Positions 27,912 through 37,816 are shown, counted from the stretch's first letter. The stretch: DNA of 64,000 nt from Pyrinomonadaceae bacterium (GCA_035474235.1 DATINM010000051.1:40437-104436); one strand, 5' to 3'. Numbers and translations are program-made. Notes: a model not told the origin generated them from the letters alone.

Positions 27912-28889
27912 ATGAGAGACGAGATCGGCAACCGGAAAACTTCGCACACTCAACAGGTCGTCAACAAACTGCGCGGCGTTCTGCTGCCGTTCACGACGCC
28001 GTTCGGCGAGGGCGGCGAGGTTGATGCGGCGGCGCTCGGCGCGAACATCGAGAGGTGGAACGAGACGGGCGTGGCAGGCTACGTCGCGCTCGGCTCGACG
28101 GGCGAGCGCGTGCATCTGGACGAGCGAGAACGAACGGAGGTCGCCGAGGCGTCGAGGGCACGCGTGCCGCGCGAGCTTGCGTTCGTCGTCGGCGTCGGCG
28201 AGCATTCGACGCGGCACACAATACTCGAAGCGCGCCGCGCGGCGGCGACGGGCGCGGACGCGGTGCTCGTTCTGACGCCGCACTTCTACCGTGGGGCGAT
28301 GTCGCAGGACGCGCTCGCCGGACACTTCCGACGCGTCGCCGACGACTCGCCCGTCCCCGTCATCCTCTACAACATCCCGCAGAACACGGGCGTCGCAATC
28401 GCGCCGGAGTGGGTCGCGCGGCTCTCGGAGCACGCGAACATCGCCGGCATCAAGGATAGTTCGGGCGACATGGTGAACCTCGTCGAGATGATTCGGCAGG
28501 TGGGCGGAGGGCGCGAAGACTTCGCCTTGATGACGGGGCACGCGGGCGTCTTCTACGCATCGTTGTGCGCGGGCGTCGTCGGCGCGATACTCGCCGCGGG
28601 CTGCGCCGCGCCGCGTCTGTGCGTAGAGATTTACGAAGCATTCATGCGCGGAGACCACGCGCGCGCGCTTGAGTCGCAGGCTCGACTCGCGCCGCTCGCT
28701 CGCGCCGTCACCGTGCGCTTCGGCGTCGGCGGTTTGAAGTACGCGCTCGACCTCGTGGGTTACAAGGGCGGTGCGGTGCGCGCGCCTCTCGGCGAGCCGA
28801 ATGAAGAGGCGCGCGCAGAGATCGCAATGCTTCTCGAAGAGACCGAAAACGGCGCAGCGCTCTCGGCGTCAACGCCGCCCGCTTCGTGA
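27912..28889 (+). CDS. Dihydrodipicolinate synthase/N-acetylneuraminate lyase family protein
   Basis: GVLLPFTTPF.....VD..AL..NIERWNETGVAGYVALGSTGE, VGVGE.ST, YNIPQNTG, GIKDSSGD (Schiff-base Lys context). The start could be 27900 or 27912. Confidence 0.8.
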   Translation: MRDEIGNRKTSHTQQVVNKLRGVLLPFTTPFGEGGEVDAAALGANIERWNETGVAGYVALGSTGERVHLDERERTEVAEASRARVPRELAFVVGVGEHSTRHTILEARRAAATGADAVLVLTPHFYRGAMSQDALAGHFRRVADDSPVPVILYNIPQNTGVAIAPEWVARLSEHANIAGIKDSSGDMVNLVEMIRQVGGGREDFALMTGHAGVFYASLCAGVVGAILAAGCAAPRLCVEIYEAFMRGDHARALESQARLAPLARAVTVRFGVGGLKYALDLVGYKGGAVRAPLGEPNEEARAEIAMLLEETENGAALSASTPPAS

Positions 28890-29109
28890 AAAGCGCGCGG
28901 CGCGTGACTCGTCGTGCGCCGCGCGCGCACTTTCAGCTAATCGTCACGTCCCGGTTCGTGAGAAGACGATAAGCCCGACGAAGCGTGCGAGAGAATGTAA
29001 GGCAGTTGTAAAAGTTTAAGGCAAACGGGCGAAGATGAGTCTTCCCGTTTGCCTTTTCGACTTCCGCGCCGCGACTATCGTTTGCGCGCGTTCCGAGGCC
29101 GTCGTTATA

Positions 29110-30852
29110 ATGCGACGGCAAAAGCAGTTCACGAGACGGATTAGCGCCTGTCAGGAGAGCTTGAAGCCTGTGACCACGACCGAACCCGAATGTCACGGCA
29201 CGCCCGAAGGCGCGGGTCTTCGAGTCGAGCGTCTGCCGTTCGAGCGCATCCCGCAACAGTCGCGACTCTTCCTCGACTACCTGAAAGATCCGACCGCGCT
29301 CCGGCGCTTCTACCCCGAAGCGGTGCGATTCCACTACGAGCTTGACGCGCGCGCGCGCCGGGTGCTCGACAATCAGGCGACCGACCGGACGGCGCTCTGC
29401 GACGCGCTCGAATCAATGAATGCGCGTTGGAACGCCGGGCAAGCGACTCTCGAAAATATCAAACGTCTCCGCTTGAACGATTGCGTCGCAGTCGTCACGG
29501 GGCAGCAGGTCGGACTCTTCACGGGCCCTCTCTACACACTCTACAAAGCACTCTCCGCCGTGAAACTCGCCGCGTGTCTTTCGTCGCGCGAAACGCCCGC
29601 CGTGCCTGTCTTCTGGATGGCGACCGAGGATCACGACTGGGATGAGGTTCGGCGCGCAGAGGTCATCGCCTGCGACGGTCGCCTCGCGGGCGCGAGTGTG
29701 CCGGACGAGTTGCACAGGGAAGGCGAGCAGGTCGGCGGCGTCGTCTTAAGCGATAGCATCGGCGACGCGACGAAGCGACTGTTCGAGTTGTTGCCGTCGA
29801 GCGAGTTTCTGCCCCGTCTCGAAACGCTCCTGCGCGACTGCTACAGACCGGGGCGAACGTTCGGCGAGGCGTTCGCGCTGATGCTCTCATCGCTCACGTC
29901 GAAGTACGGGCTTGTGCTGCTCGACCCGACCGACCGGGCGCTCAAGCGTCTGGCCGCGCCGCTCTACTCCGAGGCTGCGCGCCGCGCCGCAGAAATCGCC
30001 GCGGCGACCGATGCGCGCTCGCGCGCGCTCGTCGAGGCCGGATACCACGCGCAGGTTCACACGTCGCCCGACGCGTTCCCGCTCTTCCTCGTCGAAGGCG
30101 GCGCGCGCCGCGCGCTCACGCGGACGGGCGAAGGCCGCTACCGCTCGAAGGGGACGGAACACGAATGGACGGCGGAGGAGTTGTCTGCGCTCGCGCTCCG
30201 GGAACCCGAACGCTTCAGCCCGAACGTCACGCTGCGGGCGGTCGTTCAGGATTACCTTCTGCCGACCGTCGCCTACTTCGGAGGCTCAGCCGAGATCGCA
30301 TACTTCGCGCAGACCGCCGAGAGCTATCGAGTGCTCTCGCGCCCCGCCACTCCGATACTTCACCGTGCGAGCATCACCGTCGTCGAGCGCCGCGCGGGCC
30401 GCACGCTCGAACGCTACGGGTTGAAGCTCGAAGACTTTTTCGGCGGACTCGACTCGGTCGTCGCGCGCGTCGTCGAAGAACACCTCGGCACGGAGATAGC
30501 GGGCGCGTTCGACTCGGCGGACGCATCGGTCGCTCGCGCGCTCGACAAGCTCGAAACGAGCCTGCGCGCCTTCGACCCGACGCTCGCAGACGCGCTCACG
30601 GGCGGGCGTAAAAAAATCTCTCATCAACTCGACGGCCTGCGCTCTCGCTTCCACCGCGCGCAAGCTCAGCGCGACCGCGCGGCGATGCGACAGTTAGAGC
30701 GCGCCGCCACGTCGCTCTATCCCGAAAAGGCTTTGCAGGAGCGGCACGTCAACGTCACAAGCCTGCTCGCGCGCCACGGTCGCTACGTCGTCGAATGGAT
30801 TCACGATTCGATTGACCTCTCGACGAACGACCACCAGATCGTTTACCTCTGA
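29110..30852 (+). CDS. bshC: Bacillithiol biosynthesis cysteine-adding enzyme BshC
   Basis: VVTGQQVGLFTGPLYTLYKALSAVKLA...PVFWMATEDHDWDEV...FSPNVTLRAVVQDYLLPTVAYFGGSAEIAYFAQ are hallmark BshC blocks. The true start is uncertain: ATG 29110 overlaps a TATAAT, and GTG 29171 is an alternative. Confidence 0.8.
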   Translation: MRRQKQFTRRISACQESLKPVTTTEPECHGTPEGAGLRVERLPFERIPQQSRLFLDYLKDPTALRRFYPEAVRFHYELDARARRVLDNQATDRTALCDALESMNARWNAGQATLENIKRLRLNDCVAVVTGQQVGLFTGPLYTLYKALSAVKLAACLSSRETPAVPVFWMATEDHDWDEVRRAEVIACDGRLAGASVPDELHREGEQVGGVVLSDSIGDATKRLFELLPSSEFLPRLETLLRDCYRPGRTFGEAFALMLSSLTSKYGLVLLDPTDRALKRLAAPLYSEAARRAAEIAAATDARSRALVEAGYHAQVHTSPDAFPLFLVEGGARRALTRTGEGRYRSKGTEHEWTAEELSALALREPERFSPNVTLRAVVQDYLLPTVAYFGGSAEIAYFAQTAESYRVLSRPATPILHRASITVVERRAGRTLERYGLKLEDFFGGLDSVVARVVEEHLGTEIAGAFDSADASVARALDKLETSLRAFDPTLADALTGGRKKISHQLDGLRSRFHRAQAQRDRAAMRQLERAATSLYPEKALQERHVNVTSLLARHGRYVVEWIHDSIDLSTNDHQIVYL

Positions 30853-30869
30853 ACGCCGATAGCTTTCCG

Positions 30870-32933
30870 ATGTCCAAGATTCGCGTACTCTCCGACCACG
30901 TTGCAAACCAGATCGCCGCGGGCGAAGTGGTCGAGCGTCCCGCCTCGGTCGCTAAAGAGTTGGTCGAGAACTCGATTGACGCGGGCGCGCGCCGAGTCGA
31001 GATTGATGTCGAAGCGGGCGGGCGGCGACTCCTGCGCGTCGCGGACGACGGCTGCGGGATGACGCGCGACGACGCGGTGCTCGCCTTCGAGCGGCACGCA
31101 ACGTCGAAGCTCGCGACGACCGAAGACCTCTCGCGCATCAGCACGCTCGGCTTCCGCGGCGAGGCGCTCGCGTCAATCGCGTCGGTCGCGCGCGTCGAAC
31201 TCATCACGCAAACCTTGGACGAGACGGAAGGCACGCGAGTCATCATCGAGGGCGGGCGTATGCGCGACGTGTCGCCGGCCGCGCGTGCCGTGGGGACGAC
31301 GATTGCCGCGCGCGACCTCTTCTTTAACGTCCCGGCGCGCAGAAAATTTTTGCGCTCCGAAGCGACCGAGAGCTTTCACCTGACGAATCTCGTCACGCAC
31401 TACGCGCTCGCGCACCCCGAAATCGAGTTCACGCTCACGAACAACGGGCGCGAAGTCCTGAGCGCCACGCCCGCCGCAGACCTGCGCGAACGCGCGTACC
31501 AGATTTTCGGCGCGGAGTTCATCGAACATCTTCTTGAAATCGAAGGCGGTCGCGCGGATGTCGCGCGCGTGCGAGGCTACGTCTCCGCGCCGCGCGAGCG
31601 CCGGACGACGCGCGACGCGCAATATCTCTTCGTCAACGGACGCTACGTGCGCGACCGTCTCGTCGCGCGCGCGCTGTCCGAAGGCTACCGCTCGGTTCTT
31701 CCGCACGGGGTCTTCCCGGCGGCGCTCCTTTTCCTCGAAGTGTCGCCCGAAGAGTTGGACGTGAACGTCCATCCCGCGAAGACCGAGGTGCGATTCCGAC
31801 GCGCCTCGGCGGTCGCCGACTCGGTGCGAGACGCAGTCCGGGCCGCGCTCGCCGTCAACGGTTTTCTGAGACTCGAAGAGGACAGCGCCGAACCGCGCGC
31901 CGCGGATGACTCCGGCGTTGACACGGAGACTTCTTTCGACGAACGAGCCGGCGAAGGAGCCGTGCACGACTTCCGTGTGGCCGGCGACGAGGGCGCGACG
32001 CGACAGGAGGCGATTGAGTTCGGCCACGCGCCGCCCGCCGAAGACTCGCCGTGGCCCGACGAGCGCGGCAACGGCGGCGAGTCGTCCGGCGCTTCGCGTC
32101 CGAACGCGGACTCGCAAAATCATTCGGCCCCGGCGCTCGAAGCAAACGCTCCGAGCGCAGAGGCCACGCCTCGGTCACGGCGCGAGCCTTCGTCGCCGGA
32201 AATCGAGACGCGCGAAGCGTCTCGCGATTCGGAGTTTGAAGAGGCGACGGCTTCCGCCCGGAGTGCGGCGACTTCTGCACGCGTGGAAAGCGTCGGATTG
32301 CCGCCGCTTGACTCCGCCGCGAAGCTCGTGCGCGACGCCGCGCCCGAATCGTTGACGCCCGACATCCGACCGCTCGGACAACTAGAAGACAGCTTCATCA
32401 TCGCGACCGACTCGGAAGGCTTGCTGCTCATAGACCAGCACGTCGCGCACGAGCGAATACTGTTCGATAAGTACCGGCGCATCGAATCGCAGCGGACGGC
32501 GGAGTCGCAGCAACTACTCGTCCCCGAAACCTTCGACCTCACGCCCGCGCAGGCCGCGGCCTTCGACGAGGTCTCCGAGGAACTCGAACGGCTCGGCTTC
32601 GGGTTGATGCGCTTGTCCGGGCGCACGGTCGCGGTGCGCGCCGTGCCCGCAGACCTGCCCGCGTCGGAGGCTCGAAACCTTCTAGCCGAAATCCTCGACA
32701 CCGTTGACGCGGAGAAGCGCGGGCGCGCGCGCGCGACGTTGCGCGACGCGGTTGCCGCCTCGCTCGCCAGCCGCGCCGCGATCAAAAACAACACGCCGCT
32801 CACCGAAGAGAAGATGCGCTGGCTCATCGGGCGACTCCTGCTCACCTCATCGCCGACGACCAGCCCGCACGGCCGCCCCATCATCCTCCGCCTGACGAAG
32901 CGCGACATCGAGCGCGGCTTCCGCCGACCGTAG
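30870..32933 (+). CDS. mutL: DNA mismatch repair protein MutL
   Basis: IRVLSDHVANQIAAGEVVERPASVAKELVENSIDAGA..., GFRGEALASI, and C-terminal dimerisation domain (QLEDSFIIA...LLIDQHVAHERILF). Confidence 0.95.
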   Translation: MSKIRVLSDHVANQIAAGEVVERPASVAKELVENSIDAGARRVEIDVEAGGRRLLRVADDGCGMTRDDAVLAFERHATSKLATTEDLSRISTLGFRGEALASIASVARVELITQTLDETEGTRVIIEGGRMRDVSPAARAVGTTIAARDLFFNVPARRKFLRSEATESFHLTNLVTHYALAHPEIEFTLTNNGREVLSATPAADLRERAYQIFGAEFIEHLLEIEGGRADVARVRGYVSAPRERRTTRDAQYLFVNGRYVRDRLVARALSEGYRSVLPHGVFPAALLFLEVSPEELDVNVHPAKTEVRFRRASAVADSVRDAVRAALAVNGFLRLEEDSAEPRAADDSGVDTETSFDERAGEGAVHDFRVAGDEGATRQEAIEFGHAPPAEDSPWPDERGNGGESSGASRPNADSQNHSAPALEANAPSAEATPRSRREPSSPEIETREASRDSEFEEATASARSAATSARVESVGLPPLDSAAKLVRDAAPESLTPDIRPLGQLEDSFIIATDSEGLLLIDQHVAHERILFDKYRRIESQRTAESQQLLVPETFDLTPAQAAAFDEVSEELERLGFGLMRLSGRTVAVRAVPADLPASEARNLLAEILDTVDAEKRGRARATLRDAVAASLASRAAIKNNTPLTEEKMRWLIGRLLLTSSPTTSPHGRPIILRLTKRDIERGFRRP

Positions 32934-32951
32934 AAGAGGAGCATACGGCCC

Positions 32952-33446
32952 TTGAAACTCAGATTCGTCGTCTCGTCATTCGTCTTGACGATAGTGGGAA
33001 TCGTCGTCGTCGCTTCCGTCTTGTTGCTGCGCACGGTCGGCGCGGCGCGGGCATCGCAGCGCAACGTCGAGAGTGATCGCCGGGCGCTCGTCGAGCTTGA
33101 GAATGAATGGCTGAAGAACGAACACGACGACGCCGCGCTCGAACGCATACTCGCGCCCGACTTCGTTCACCCCGTACCGACGGGCGACTTCCTGACGAAG
33201 ACTCAGCACATCTTCTACTCGACGAAGTACAAACCGCCCGCGAACATCAAGCAGCGTTTCGAGAGCCTGAGCGCGCGCATCTACGGTGATGTCGGGATCG
33301 TCAACGGCATCGTCGTGACGAGCGACGAGCGCGGGAAGGACGTTGACAGGACGATCTTCACGGACGTTTTCGCTTACCGCGAGGGACGCTGGCAGGCCGT
33401 CAACGCGCAGGAGAATCAAGTGGAGAAGTTGCGAAGGCCGGAATGA
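32952..33446 (+). CDS. NTF2/SnoaL-like (DUF4440-type) secreted protein
   Basis: Signal or TM N-terminus. LVELENEWLKNEHDDAALERILAPDF....GRWQAVNAQ is a typical DUF4440 layout. Confidence 0.6.
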   Translation: MKLRFVVSSFVLTIVGIVVVASVLLLRTVGAARASQRNVESDRRALVELENEWLKNEHDDAALERILAPDFVHPVPTGDFLTKTQHIFYSTKYKPPANIKQRFESLSARIYGDVGIVNGIVVTSDERGKDVDRTIFTDVFAYREGRWQAVNAQENQVEKLRRPE

Positions 33447-33478
33447 AGTCTGACGGCAGAAGCGTCGCCGCTCTCTCG

Positions 33479-34255
33479 CTAGAGCTTCGCGAGAGTTCGC
33501 AGCAGGAGTTCCGTGTCTGTTAAGTCATCGAGAAGCGCATCAGGCGCGTGCGCCGCGAGGTCTTCGGCACGGTAGGTTCTGCCCGTGGCGACGGCGACAA
33601 CACGCGCGCCGAAGTGTCGCGCGCAGGCGATGTCGTTCGGCGTGTCGCCGACGACGACGAGTTGTTCGGGATTCAAATCGACGCCGAGGTGTCGGCTCAG
33701 GCGCGCGAGCGCGAGCGCGGGCAGGTCGCGCCGGTCGTGCGAGTCTTCGCCGAACGCGCCCGGCAGCCGGAAGAAGCCTTCGAGTCCGACCGCGCGAAGC
33801 TTCAGACGCGCGGCAAGCTCGACGTTTCCCGTGAGCAGCGAGTTGAGATAGCGCGGGTGACTCTCGACGGCTTCGAGTGACGCGCGCGCGCCGTCGAGCG
33901 CGTAGTAAACATCCTCGCCGCTCGTCAGGCGCTCAAGCTCTTCGTGGAAGAGCGCGGCCAACTCCGGCGCACGCGCGCGAATCGCCGCCTCGTCGAAACC
34001 TTCCTCGCACAGAGCCTCCGAGACGATCTGCAAGTCTGTCATCCCCGACACGCTCAACTCGTGCAAACGCCCCGCCGTGCCGAACACACGGACAATCGCG
34101 GGCGTCGTGTAATCCTTGAACACGCCCGCGCGCCGCGTCCGCACGAGCGTGCCGTCAATGTCCCAGAGGATGACGCGAAGTCCGTCGGGAAAGGATGAAG
34201 GCGGAAGGCGGAAGGATGAAGATGCTGCGGCGGTTGCTTCTTTCTTCTTTTTCAT
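33479..34255 (-). CDS. HAD-superfamily hydrolase (phosphoglycolate phosphatase-like)
   Basis: Motif I ILWDIDGTLV, motif II LLTGN, motif IV VVVGDTPNDIACA. The start was set at the ATG at 34255 (MKKKKE...). The first ~20 codons are encoded by a GGATGAAGG/CGGAAGG repeat. Confidence 0.75.
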   Translation of the reverse strand: MKKKKEATAAASSSFRLPPSSFPDGLRVILWDIDGTLVRTRRAGVFKDYTTPAIVRVFGTAGRLHELSVSGMTDLQIVSEALCEEGFDEAAIRARAPELAALFHEELERLTSGEDVYYALDGARASLEAVESHPRYLNSLLTGNVELAARLKLRAVGLEGFFRLPGAFGEDSHDRRDLPALALARLSRHLGVDLNPEQLVVVGDTPNDIACARHFGARVVAVATGRTYRAEDLAAHAPDALLDDLTDTELLLRTLAKL

Positions 34256-34378
34256 CCTTCCGCCAGCCTTGAAAAAATATTCAGTGGAAGTTGCATAAAA
34301 AACCTCTGCCATTCATTTATGCGTTGCTTATTCGCTCAGACTGCATATTTGCGCAGAGCTTCCTTCCGCCTTCATCCT
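34191..34378. repeat. GGATGAAGG/CGGAAGG repeat cluster with two complementary partners, overlapping the 5' end of the HAD gene
   Basis: AAGGATGAAGGCGGAAGGCGGAAGGATGAAG (34191-34221). Complements are TTCATCCTTCCGCC (34251-34264) and CTTCCTTCCGCCTTCATCCTC (34358-34378). Confidence 0.5.
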
Positions 34379-34891
34379 CTATTCGATGACGGCGAGCACT
34401 TCGCCCGCGTTGACGGTCGCGCCCGGCTCGATTCGGAGTTCGACGACCGTGCCCGACTTCGGCGACTTCAACTCGTTCTGCATCTTCATCGCCTCGACGA
34501 CGACTATTCCAGCGCCCGCCTCTACCTCCTGACCCTTCGAGACGAGCACGCGCACGACCTTCCCCGGCATCTGTGCAGTGACCTGCGCGCGCCCGCCTTC
34601 GTGTTCGGCCACAGTGCGCGCGCCGCGCAAGTGCTTCGGGTCGGCGAGCGCGACGGCGTACTCGAACGCGCCGACCGAGACGCTCAACTCCCCTCTCGAA
34701 CGCGCGCCACGCGCCGCGCCGACGCGACATTCGTAAACGCGCCCGCCATGAATCAGAAGGTACTCGCTACTGCCTACCGCTCGCGCTTCGAGTTCGTAAC
34801 GACGCCCGCCGACTTCGGCAAAGACGCGCCCGCCCTCGCGCCTCACTTCGAGCGCGACCTTCTCGCCTTCGATTTCGGCGTTGAGTTTCAT
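34379..34891 (-). CDS. Biotin carboxyl carrier / biotinyl-domain protein
   Basis: C-terminal biotinylation motif VVEAMKMQNEL within a lipoyl/biotinyl fold. It lies directly downstream of the biotin carboxylase gene. Confidence 0.8.
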   Translation of the reverse strand: MKLNAEIEGEKVALEVRREGGRVFAEVGGRRYELEARAVGSSEYLLIHGGRVYECRVGAARGARSRGELSVSVGAFEYAVALADPKHLRGARTVAEHEGGRAQVTAQMPGKVVRVLVSKGQEVEAGAGIVVVEAMKMQNELKSPKSGTVVELRIEPGATVNAGEVLAVIE

Positions 34892-34927
34892 GAATCGAAC
34901 CCGCGCGTCGCGCGAAAGCCGCGCTTC

Positions 34928-36463
34928 TCAAATCCTCGACTGATGAAGCGCCGCGCGGCCCGCAATCTTCCAGCGGCTCGGCGGCGCTTGTGATTGTTGC
35001 TGCTCGGAGCCGCGTTGTTCCGGCTCGGAGTATGCGAGCGCGGCTGCGACGAGCGCAATGTCGCGGCGTTCGATCTCTTCCGCGCCCGGCCCGGCGTCGC
35101 TCATACGTGCCGCGTCGCGGCGCTCGTTGAATCGAGGGATGAAACCCGTGTCGAGTCGTCCGGCGACGAACTCCTCGTCGCGCATCACCTCGCGGAAGAA
35201 TGGGAGCGTCGTCTTGATGCCGCCGACCGAATACTCTGCGAGCGCGCGGCGCATTCGCTCGATTGCCTCAATGCGCGTACGCCCCCACGTTGCGAGCTTC
35301 GAGATAAGCGGGTCGTAGTAGATCGAGACCTCCGCGCCTTCATAGACGCCGCCGTCGTCGCGCACTCCGGGGCCGGCGGGCACGCGCAAACGTTCGATGT
35401 GTCCGGGCGAAGGCATGAAGTTCTGCTCCGGGTCTTCGGCATAGACGCGGCACTCGACGGCGTGGCCCGTCATGCGAACGTCGTCTTGAGTGAACGAGAG
35501 CGGGAGACCGGCGGCGACGCGAATCTGCTCGCGCACGAGGTCGAAGCCGGTGACGAGTTCCGTCACGGGATGCTCGACCTGAAGTCGCGTGTTCATCTCA
35601 AGGAAGTAGAAGTCGCGCGTCACGTCCGAGACGAGGAACTCGACCGTGCCCGCGCCGACGTAAGAGGCCGCGCGCGCGATCTCGATAGCCGCCGCGCCCA
35701 TCCGCGCGCGCAAAGACGAGTCGTTAATCGGCGAAGGGCATTCCTCGATGACCTTCTGATGCCTACGCTGAATCGAGCACTCGCGCTCGCCGAGGTGTAC
35801 GAAGCGTCCCTGCGTATCCGAGAAGATTTGAATCTCGACGTGGCGCGGGCGCTCGACCGCCTTCTCGATATAGACGGACGAATCGCCGAACGCGGACGCG
35901 GCCTCGGACTGCGCGGTCTCGAATGCCGAAGGCAGTTCGTCTTCGGATGCGACGAGCCGCATCCCTTTTCCGCCGCCGCCCGCAGCGGCCTTGAGCATGA
36001 TTGGATAGCCGACCGAGCGCGCGGTCTCGCGCGCATCGGCGATTGATGCGAGCGCCTCGGTCGCGCCCGGAACGACGGGCGCTCCGGCTGCGATTGCGGC
36101 GCGACGCGCGCTCGTCTTCGACCCCATCAACTCCATCGCTTCGGGCGAAGGGCCGATGAAGACGAGTCCGGCTTCATTCACCGCGCGCGCGAACTCTGCG
36201 TTCTCGGCGAGGAATCCGTAGCCGGGATGCACCGCCTCAGCGCCGCTCTTGAGCGCGGCGGCGATGACGCGTTCAATCCGCAGATAGCTCTCGACCGAGG
36301 GCGCGGGGCCGAGCAGATAAGCCTCATCCGCGAGCCGGACGTGAAGCGCCGCGGCGTCGGCCTCCGAGTAGACGGCGACCGCCGCGATGTCCAACTCGCG
36401 GCACGCGCGTATGACGCGCACGGCGATCTCGCCGCGGTTCGCTATGAGCATCTTCTTGAACAT
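34928..36463 (-). CDS. accC: Biotin carboxylase subunit of acetyl/acyl-CoA carboxylase
   Basis: MFKKMLIANRGEIAVRVIRACRELDI, GYPIMLKAAAGGGGKGMR, EMNTRLQVEHPVTE; full-length ATP-grasp biotin carboxylase. Confidence 0.92.
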   Translation of the reverse strand: MFKKMLIANRGEIAVRVIRACRELDIAAVAVYSEADAAALHVRLADEAYLLGPAPSVESYLRIERVIAAALKSGAEAVHPGYGFLAENAEFARAVNEAGLVFIGPSPEAMELMGSKTSARRAAIAAGAPVVPGATEALASIADARETARSVGYPIMLKAAAGGGGKGMRLVASEDELPSAFETAQSEAASAFGDSSVYIEKAVERPRHVEIQIFSDTQGRFVHLGERECSIQRRHQKVIEECPSPINDSSLRARMGAAAIEIARAASYVGAGTVEFLVSDVTRDFYFLEMNTRLQVEHPVTELVTGFDLVREQIRVAAGLPLSFTQDDVRMTGHAVECRVYAEDPEQNFMPSPGHIERLRVPAGPGVRDDGGVYEGAEVSIYYDPLISKLATWGRTRIEAIERMRRALAEYSVGGIKTTLPFFREVMRDEEFVAGRLDTGFIPRFNERRDAARMSDAGPGAEEIERRDIALVAAALAYSEPEQRGSEQQQSQAPPSRWKIAGRAALHQSRI

Positions 36464-36465
36464 GA

Positions 36466-36553
36466 AAGTGAGAGTGAAGAGTGATGAGTGATGAGTGATG
36501 AGTAAAAGACAGTTTGCCTTTACTCATCACTCTTCACTCATCACTCTTCACTT
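36466..36553. repeat. Heptamer-built hairpin (GTGATGA/GTGAAGA units) starting 2 nt from the accC start
   Basis: Left arm AAGTGAGAGTGAAGAGTGATGAGTGATGAGTGATGAGTAAA. The reverse complement of the right arm is AAGTGAAGAGTGATGAGTGAAGAGTGATGAGTAAA. Confidence 0.85.
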
Positions 36554-36564
36554 GGCCCTTCTCG

Positions 36565-36855
36565 TCAGACGACCACAGAGTTTCCCGGCTGGCGCGGGTT
36601 GAAGCGGACGGTGACGCTCGCGCCGGGGAAGTATTCGGTCGAGCGCTGGCGTTGATCGGGGTCGAGCGCTTGCGAAGACTCGTACTCGACGCCGTTGATC
36701 TGGTAGTTGTAGAAGACCTGTGTGATCGTGCCCGCGTCGTCGGTTATCACGTCGAAGATCGAGCCTTCCGTGATGCGCCCGGCGCGCAGCAGAGCGGCGC
36801 GGCGCGTTGCCTCGTCGTCCGACTTCTTCCGCCTGAATATGCTGAGAAATCCCAT
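36565..36855 (-). CDS. Small hypothetical protein (DUF3592-like beta-rich domain, tentative)
   Basis: 96-aa ORF with non-biased composition (..GSIFDVITDDAGTITQVFYNYQINGVEYESSQ..). No other ORF explains this interval. Confidence 0.5.
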   Translation of the reverse strand: MGFLSIFRRKKSDDEATRRAALLRAGRITEGSIFDVITDDAGTITQVFYNYQINGVEYESSQALDPDQRQRSTEYFPGASVTVRFNPRQPGNSVVV

Positions 36856-36895
36856 GTCCTTTAACGATTTTTGAAACGTTGTCGGCGATGCCGAA

Positions 36896-37816
36896 TCAGT
36901 TGGAGCGTTTGACGAAGACGGCGGGCGTCGCTTTCACCTTTGCCGCGGCGGGCAGGCCGTCGCCGATGACGCCGTCGCGTATCCGCAGGTCGTCGTCAGT
37001 GCCGAGCAAGCCGTCGCGTCCGGGCAGTACGACCTCGTAATTCGTGAGCACAATCCCTGCGTCGGGCAGGTCGGGCGCGGACGCCGCGCCGCGCAACTCG
37101 CTCACGCGACGACGACCGCGCGACTTCGAGCGCGCCGAAGAGAGCGAGGCGATGTCCGTCTCAGGCTTGTACTCTCCGGCCTCGACGCGCGCGAGCAGGC
37201 GCGCTATCGAACCGTCAGGGTCTTCGAGCCTTCGCAAATCTTCGAGCGCCGCCGGGTACGTGCCGAAGCGCTGGCGGTAGCGCATGAGCGCGAGGTCTGT
37301 CTCGTAGAGCACGGCGTTCTCCGCCGCGCGCCGCGCGAGTTCGCGCATGCGCAGACGTTCCGGCACGGTGACGCCGACGAGTACGGCGAGCGAGACGGCG
37401 ACCACTGCGGTCAGAGCGAGTCCGGCGCGCGCGCACCTGTGCCCGACGAAGCGCGTGTGCTCGCGGCTCATGCGCGAATAGAGCCGGCGGCATACGAGCG
37501 TGAGCGCGAACGCCGCGGGCAGCGCGCTCCACTTCAAGCTCCACGCAGCCGACTCGGCGGCGCGAAGGAGCGCGCGTGCGCCGAGCGAGAACGTTTCGCC
37601 TCGCGCGAGCGCCGAGACGAACGCGTAGGCGAACGCGAGCAGCAACAGAACGCCCGCCGCAGAGATCGCGAGCGCGTGGCCGTAGGTTGGAAGCTCTTGT
37701 TCCGGGCGCGCGAGCGGCGGCCCGACCGCGCGCGCGCCGCACGCGGCGCAGCCGTCGCACAACTCGCCGTCAAACTTTGCTCCGCAGCAGGGGCAGACCG
37801 TCAACGTTGCTTTCAC
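36896..37816 (-). CDS. Zinc-ribbon membrane protein, hypothetical
   Basis: N-terminal CPCCGAKFDGELCDGCAACG (two CxxC pairs), then 3-4 hydrophobic helices and a soluble C-terminal domain. Confidence 0.55.
   Translation of the reverse strand: MKATLTVCPCCGAKFDGELCDGCAACGARAVGPPLARPEQELPTYGHALAISAAGVLLLLAFAYAFVSALARGETFSLGARALLRAAESAAWSLKWSALPAAFALTLVCRRLYSRMSREHTRFVGHRCARAGLALTAVVAVSLAVLVGVTVPERLRMRELARRAAENAVLYETDLALMRYRQRFGTYPAALEDLRRLEDPDGSIARLLARVEAGEYKPETDIASLSSARSKSRGRRRVSELRGAASAPDLPDAGIVLTNYEVVLPGRDGLLGTDDDLRIRDGVIGDGLPAAAKVKATPAVFVKRSN

Noticed and set aside
34885-34930. A tRNA-like T-arm (GGGTTCGATTC on the minus strand) between the BCCP and biotin carboxylase genes.
   Set aside because: The flanking bases cannot form a T-stem or an acceptor stem, and the spacer is only 36 nt.
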